A stretch of 63,477 bases of DNA, filler included. It is 4 parts of 4 records of this genome, joined end to end, with 100 filler letters (N's around TTAATTAATTAA, not from the genome) between each part and the next. Parts side by side here need not be neighbours in the genome. Positions count along the whole stretch, not along the records: positions 53,013 to 63,477 come from SRR20825010_6299; 3 more parts are not named here. One strand, 5' to 3'. The notes under the pieces are model-generated. The model did no database searches and had not been told where the DNA came from. It saw nothing but the letters and a program-made list of their open reading frames with translations. Made by a program: the position numbers and the translations under genes. Of the stretch, positions 60,075-63,477 are shown one piece after another (the first letter of the stretch is position 1; each line of letters opens with the position of its first letter).

Positions 60075-62530
60075 AATTTTCTACTTTTAAGCGCTTTTTG
60101 TAAATCTCTAACATTCATAGAGAGCTTTTCAAAATCCATCTTCATTGTAATAGAATCTATATTTTGCGATGAATAATGCTCCATTTTTTCTAAAATAGGA
60201 ATTACTTCTTTTGCTTTTAATTGACGAAACATGGTAAGCATTCGGTGAGTTATTTCTTCGATTTCTTCAATATTTTTTTCTGAAATAAACGCTTTTATTT
60301 GTTGTAAATCTTTTTCAGATTGTGTGTTAAATACTTCAAGAACTTCTTCAAGTGCCTGCGGTGTGTTTAAAAAAGACATTAAAAGTGAAAGGTCATATTT
60401 TTCAGTTTTAATAGATTTTTTTTGAATTTTTTCATTCCAATTCTCTGCTGATGAATTATTTATTTTAGCAGAAAATAATTTCTCTAATACACTTACAAGT
60501 TCTTTTTTTGAAAAAGGTTTAGACAGCATTTCGGCAAATCCTTTTTCAAAATAAAAGTCACGATTGTGTTCTCTGCTTCCAGTCATTGCTATAATGGGTT
60601 GATCGTTATAGAAAGTGACTTCTCCATTTTTTAGTTTTTTCAATACAGTGAAGCCATCAGTATTTGGCATTTGTATATCGGTTAATAAAAAGTCAAAATC
60701 GCAGGCTATTTTGGAATTTGCGAAATTTTTAAAACTGCTAAATGCATTTGAAGAAATATTCATTTGTTCAAAAATTTCGGTCAAAAGGGAGCGCATTGCT
60801 TCATCATCATCAATAATAACTGCTTTTAAACTGGGTAAAATTTGAGCTTTTTCAGATGTGTTTTTTGATAAAATTCGTGTGGTTTTTTTCATTGGCAGCG
60901 TTAATATGAAGTTGCTTCCTTTATGAAGTTCGCTTTCAACTTGAAGGGTTCCACCCAATAATTTGGTTAGTTTTTTTGAAATTGCTAACCCCAAACCACT
61001 TCCGCCAAATTTAGTTGCTATGTCTGCTTCTGCTTGGGTAAATTCATTAAAAATAAGTTCTTGTTTTTCTTTTGAAATACCAATACCTGTATCAATTACA
61101 GCGATTTTTAATTTTGAAAGTGTGTCACTTTTTTCAATTTCTTCTACTTTTATTTCAATAGTTCCAGCTTCTGTAAATTTAAAAGCATTACCAACTAAAT
61201 TGTTTAGTATTTGCCGAATACGTAACGGATCACTTTCAAAAAAATCTCCTTTTAATTCTTCTGGAAATGAAATTTTTAATGAAATTGGTTTTTGAAGATG
61301 GAGCTGTTTAACGGCATTTGCAGCATCTGCTATTATGTTTTCTAATGAAAAAGGGATGCTTTCAATAGGCAATTTACCAGCTTCAAGTTTTGAGAAATCC
61401 AGCAAATCATCAACCAAATGTGAAATAAAATGTGAGCTAGATGTAATTTGTGATAAATAATATTTCTGTTTTACAGATAAATTAGAGTTTTCAAATAATT
61501 CAGAATAACCGCTAATTGTATTTAAGGGTGTTTTTAAATCATGGCTTACTGTTGAAATTAATTGTTCGCGGCTTTTAAGTAAGGATTCGGCATAGTTTTT
61601 TGATTCTTCTAGGTTTTTTTTGAAGCGTTCTGCCTTAAAAAAATCGGATAATATAAAGTAAGAAAATAGTAGCACCACAACACCACCCAAAATGCCTGCA
61701 AACTTTAAAATTTCACTTGTTCGCGAAATGGTGGCTGCACGTTGTTTTTTTTCGAGGTTATTATTTTTTGCAATTTCGCGATCAAAACTTGCTATTATTT
61801 CACGCAGACGCTCCGAAATATTAAGATCATTTTTAATTAATTCATTCTCTTTTTGCATTAAAGATTCCCGAATTCTTGAATTTTCTTTTTTTGCTTCCGC
61901 AACAATATATCGTGAAGCAGTAAGCATGGAATCAACTGTTTTAGATTTTACAGTAGATGTATCTCGAAGTGAACTGCTGTTAAGATATTCGGCATACGCT
62001 TGCCAAATTTTTCGATCTCGATTGCTAAGGTTTGATGGGTTTTTTACCATAGATTCAACCGAATTTAAACCTATAGAAGCTTCCAATTTTCGCACTTCTC
62101 GCATAATATCATCCAAGGAAGTGTCCTTTTGATTTGTTAATCGAAGAATACGAAGTTGCTCAATATTTCGATTTTTTTCTGCAACTAATTTTTTTACACT
62201 ATCCAATTGCTTTACTTGAAAAGTGTTAGTGCTAAGTAATTTTATTTCTTCAATTTTGTTAAAAAGAGAATCGGTTTTAGACATATACTTTTCAAAGTCA
62301 GCATCATTTTCAGTTAAAAGTGCAAGTCTAGAAAATCCATCTGTTTCATATACCAAATTAATAAGCATTCCGGTTTCAATGAATTTTTTTTCACCTTGCT
62401 TTTCATTTGCTTGAGCATTGTATTTTTTAAATTCAGAATATAAAAACAGACCAACAAGAAAGGCTAATGCTACCAAAATGAGGTAGCTGAAAATTATCTT
62501 TAAGGTAAATTTATTTTTTGATGTAGCCAT
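60071..62530 (-). CDS. Hybrid sensor histidine kinase (two TM, HisKA, HATPase, REC, Hpt)
   Basis: SHDLKTP, NLVGNAFKF, DTGIG, GSGLGL, IDDD..TDIQMP, HRML. Confidence 0.93.
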   Translation of the reverse strand: MATSKNKFTLKIIFSYLILVALAFLVGLFLYSEFKKYNAQANEKQGEKKFIETGMLINLVYETDGFSRLALLTENDADFEKYMSKTDSLFNKIEEIKLLSTNTFQVKQLDSVKKLVAEKNRNIEQLRILRLTNQKDTSLDDIMREVRKLEASIGLNSVESMVKNPSNLSNRDRKIWQAYAEYLNSSSLRDTSTVKSKTVDSMLTASRYIVAEAKKENSRIRESLMQKENELIKNDLNISERLREIIASFDREIAKNNNLEKKQRAATISRTSEILKFAGILGGVVVLLFSYFILSDFFKAERFKKNLEESKNYAESLLKSREQLISTVSHDLKTPLNTISGYSELFENSNLSVKQKYYLSQITSSSHFISHLVDDLLDFSKLEAGKLPIESIPFSLENIIADAANAVKQLHLQKPISLKISFPEELKGDFFESDPLRIRQILNNLVGNAFKFTEAGTIEIKVEEIEKSDTLSKLKIAVIDTGIGISKEKQELIFNEFTQAEADIATKFGGSGLGLAISKKLTKLLGGTLQVESELHKGSNFILTLPMKKTTRILSKNTSEKAQILPSLKAVIIDDDEAMRSLLTEIFEQMNISSNAFSSFKNFANSKIACDFDFLLTDIQMPNTDGFTVLKKLKNGEVTFYNDQPIIAMTGSREHNRDFYFEKGFAEMLSKPFSKKELVSVLEKLFSAKINNSSAENWNEKIQKKSIKTEKYDLSLLMSFLNTPQALEEVLEVFNTQSEKDLQQIKAFISEKNIEEIEEITHRMLTMFRQLKAKEVIPILEKMEHYSSQNIDSITMKMDFEKLSMNVRDLQKALKSRKF

Positions 62531-62610
62531 TCTTCAAATGTAAAGAGTAATAAAAAGGCGAAGTATTAAGGATATGATAAAAATTTACATTGAATAACTA
62601 AAATGAATTG

Positions 62611-62618
62611 TATCTTTG
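62611..62618 (+). promoter_or_regulatory. Bacteroidota -7 promoter element
   Basis: TATCTTTG immediately before the riboswitch. Confidence 0.65.
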
Positions 62619-62624
62619 CCGAAC

Positions 62625-62711
62625 ATCTCAAAGGGGTGCTGGAATAATTTTTTAATTATGAAAGCTGAGATTATACCCAAAGAACCTGGGCGGGTAATGC
62701 TGCCAAGGGAT
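62625..62711 (+). promoter_or_regulatory. TPP riboswitch
   Basis: GGGGUGC..GCUGAGAUUAUACCC..GAACCUG..GGUAAUGC..AGGGA; P1 AUCUC/GGGAU. Confidence 0.92.
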
Positions 62712-62829
62712 ACTAAAATAGGAACCCCCTGTAATAATGCGCGACGCACTATTATCAGGGATTTTTTTTATAACCATTTAACTAACAAGAATAACGCCCC
62801 TTTTATTCGTAAAATTTAAAATATTACGA

Positions 62830-63477
62830 ATGAAAAAGTTATTGATTTCCGCGGTTTTTACCGCTATGTTTCTTTCTGTTTCCGCACAGGAAACACTACC
62901 AGAAAAGATTCAAGATTCTACAAAAGCTGAAACATTAGACGAGGTTTTGGTACAAGCCGTCCGCGTTAATGCTGATTCGCCTATTACACACTCAAATCTA
63001 GACAAAGAGGAGCTAGAAAAACGAAACCTTGGGCAAGATATTCCATATATGCTCAATTATTTGCCATCTGTGGTTACCACAAGTGATGCCGGTGCTGGTG
63101 TGGGTTACACGGCTATGAGGGTTCGCGGAAGTGATGCCTCGCGAGTGAATGTTACACTTAATGGGATTCCATACAATGACTCTGAAAGTCAAGGGTCTTT
63201 TTGGGTTAATTTACCTGATTTCACCTCGTCAGTGCAAAGTTTGCAATTACAACGTGGGGTTGGTACATCAACAAATGGTTCTGGTGCTTTTGGTGCGAGT
63301 TTAAACTTGTTGAGTGATGCCGTTTCAAATGAAGCTTATGGCGAAATTGCAAATTCCTTCGGAAGTTATAATACACACAAACATAATGTAAAGTTCAGCA
63401 CTGGCTTGCTTTCCAATCATTTTGAATTAGCAGGAAGGGTGTCTACTATTCAGTCTGATGGATATATTGACAGAGCC
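62830..63477 (+). CDS. TonB-dependent receptor, probably thiamine-related (3' truncated; absent from ORF track)
   Basis: Hand translation MKKLLISAVF..LDEVLVQAVR..NLGQDIP..TSDAGAGVGYT..VRGSD..NGIPYND; follows TPP riboswitch. Confidence 0.9.
   Translation, partial: MKKLLISAVFTAMFLSVSAQETLPEKIQDSTKAETLDEVLVQAVRVNADSPITHSNLDKEELEKRNLGQDIPYMLNYLPSVVTTSDAGAGVGYTAMRVRGSDASRVNVTLNGIPYNDSESQGSFWVNLPDFTSSVQSLQLQRGVGTSTNGSGAFGASLNLLSDAVSNEAYGEIANSFGSYNTHKHNVKFSTGLLSNHFELAGRVSTIQSDGYIDRA

Noticed and set aside
62616-62819. 67-aa ORF upstream of the TonB receptor
   Set aside because: Coincides with the promoter and TPP riboswitch leader.

Overview
The window is not one locus. It is four unrelated contigs joined by 100-nt artificial spacers (N-TTAATTAATTAA-N at 26186-26285, 38851-38950, 52913-53012); taxonomic labels below are inferred from gene content and composition. 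(1) 1-26185, Bacteroidota (Cytophagales-like): an accessory region (REP-like hairpin repeats, two ParE/RelE toxin-antitoxin pairs, an HU-like gene, an AT-rich defence-like island), then housekeeping genes (pruA, yjjG, dipeptidase, nbaC-kynU-kmo, mltF, partial dxs). (2) 26286-38850, GC-rich proteobacterial (probably alpha) copper-resistance cluster: multicopper oxidase CopA, CopB, PCu(A)C-like protein, two c-type cytochromes, CueR, Cu P-type ATPase. (3) 38951-52912, Alcanivorax-like gammaproteobacterium: nirB/narK with twin sigma54 promoters, PP2C-kinase, GlyGly-CTERM protease, rmuC, and tatD, pilZ, holB, tmk, mltG. (4) 53013-63477, Flavobacteriaceae: ahcY fragment, pcrB, pnuC, arfB, a sigma54 two-component pair, and a TPP riboswitch before a TonB receptor. 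Best candidate for an undescribed system: the tightly coupled operon at 3234-8326 (C5 DNA methyltransferase, MORC/MutL-type GHKL ATPase fused to a histidine kinase, receiver-domain protein, caspase-fold His-Cys putative protease) with a divergent HNH nuclease. Other notable items: an unannotated ~185-nt structured RNA after pruA, a ParE toxin broken by one nonsense codon, and a possible copper-sensing leader peptide. All product calls come from motif recognition by eye; no searches were run.
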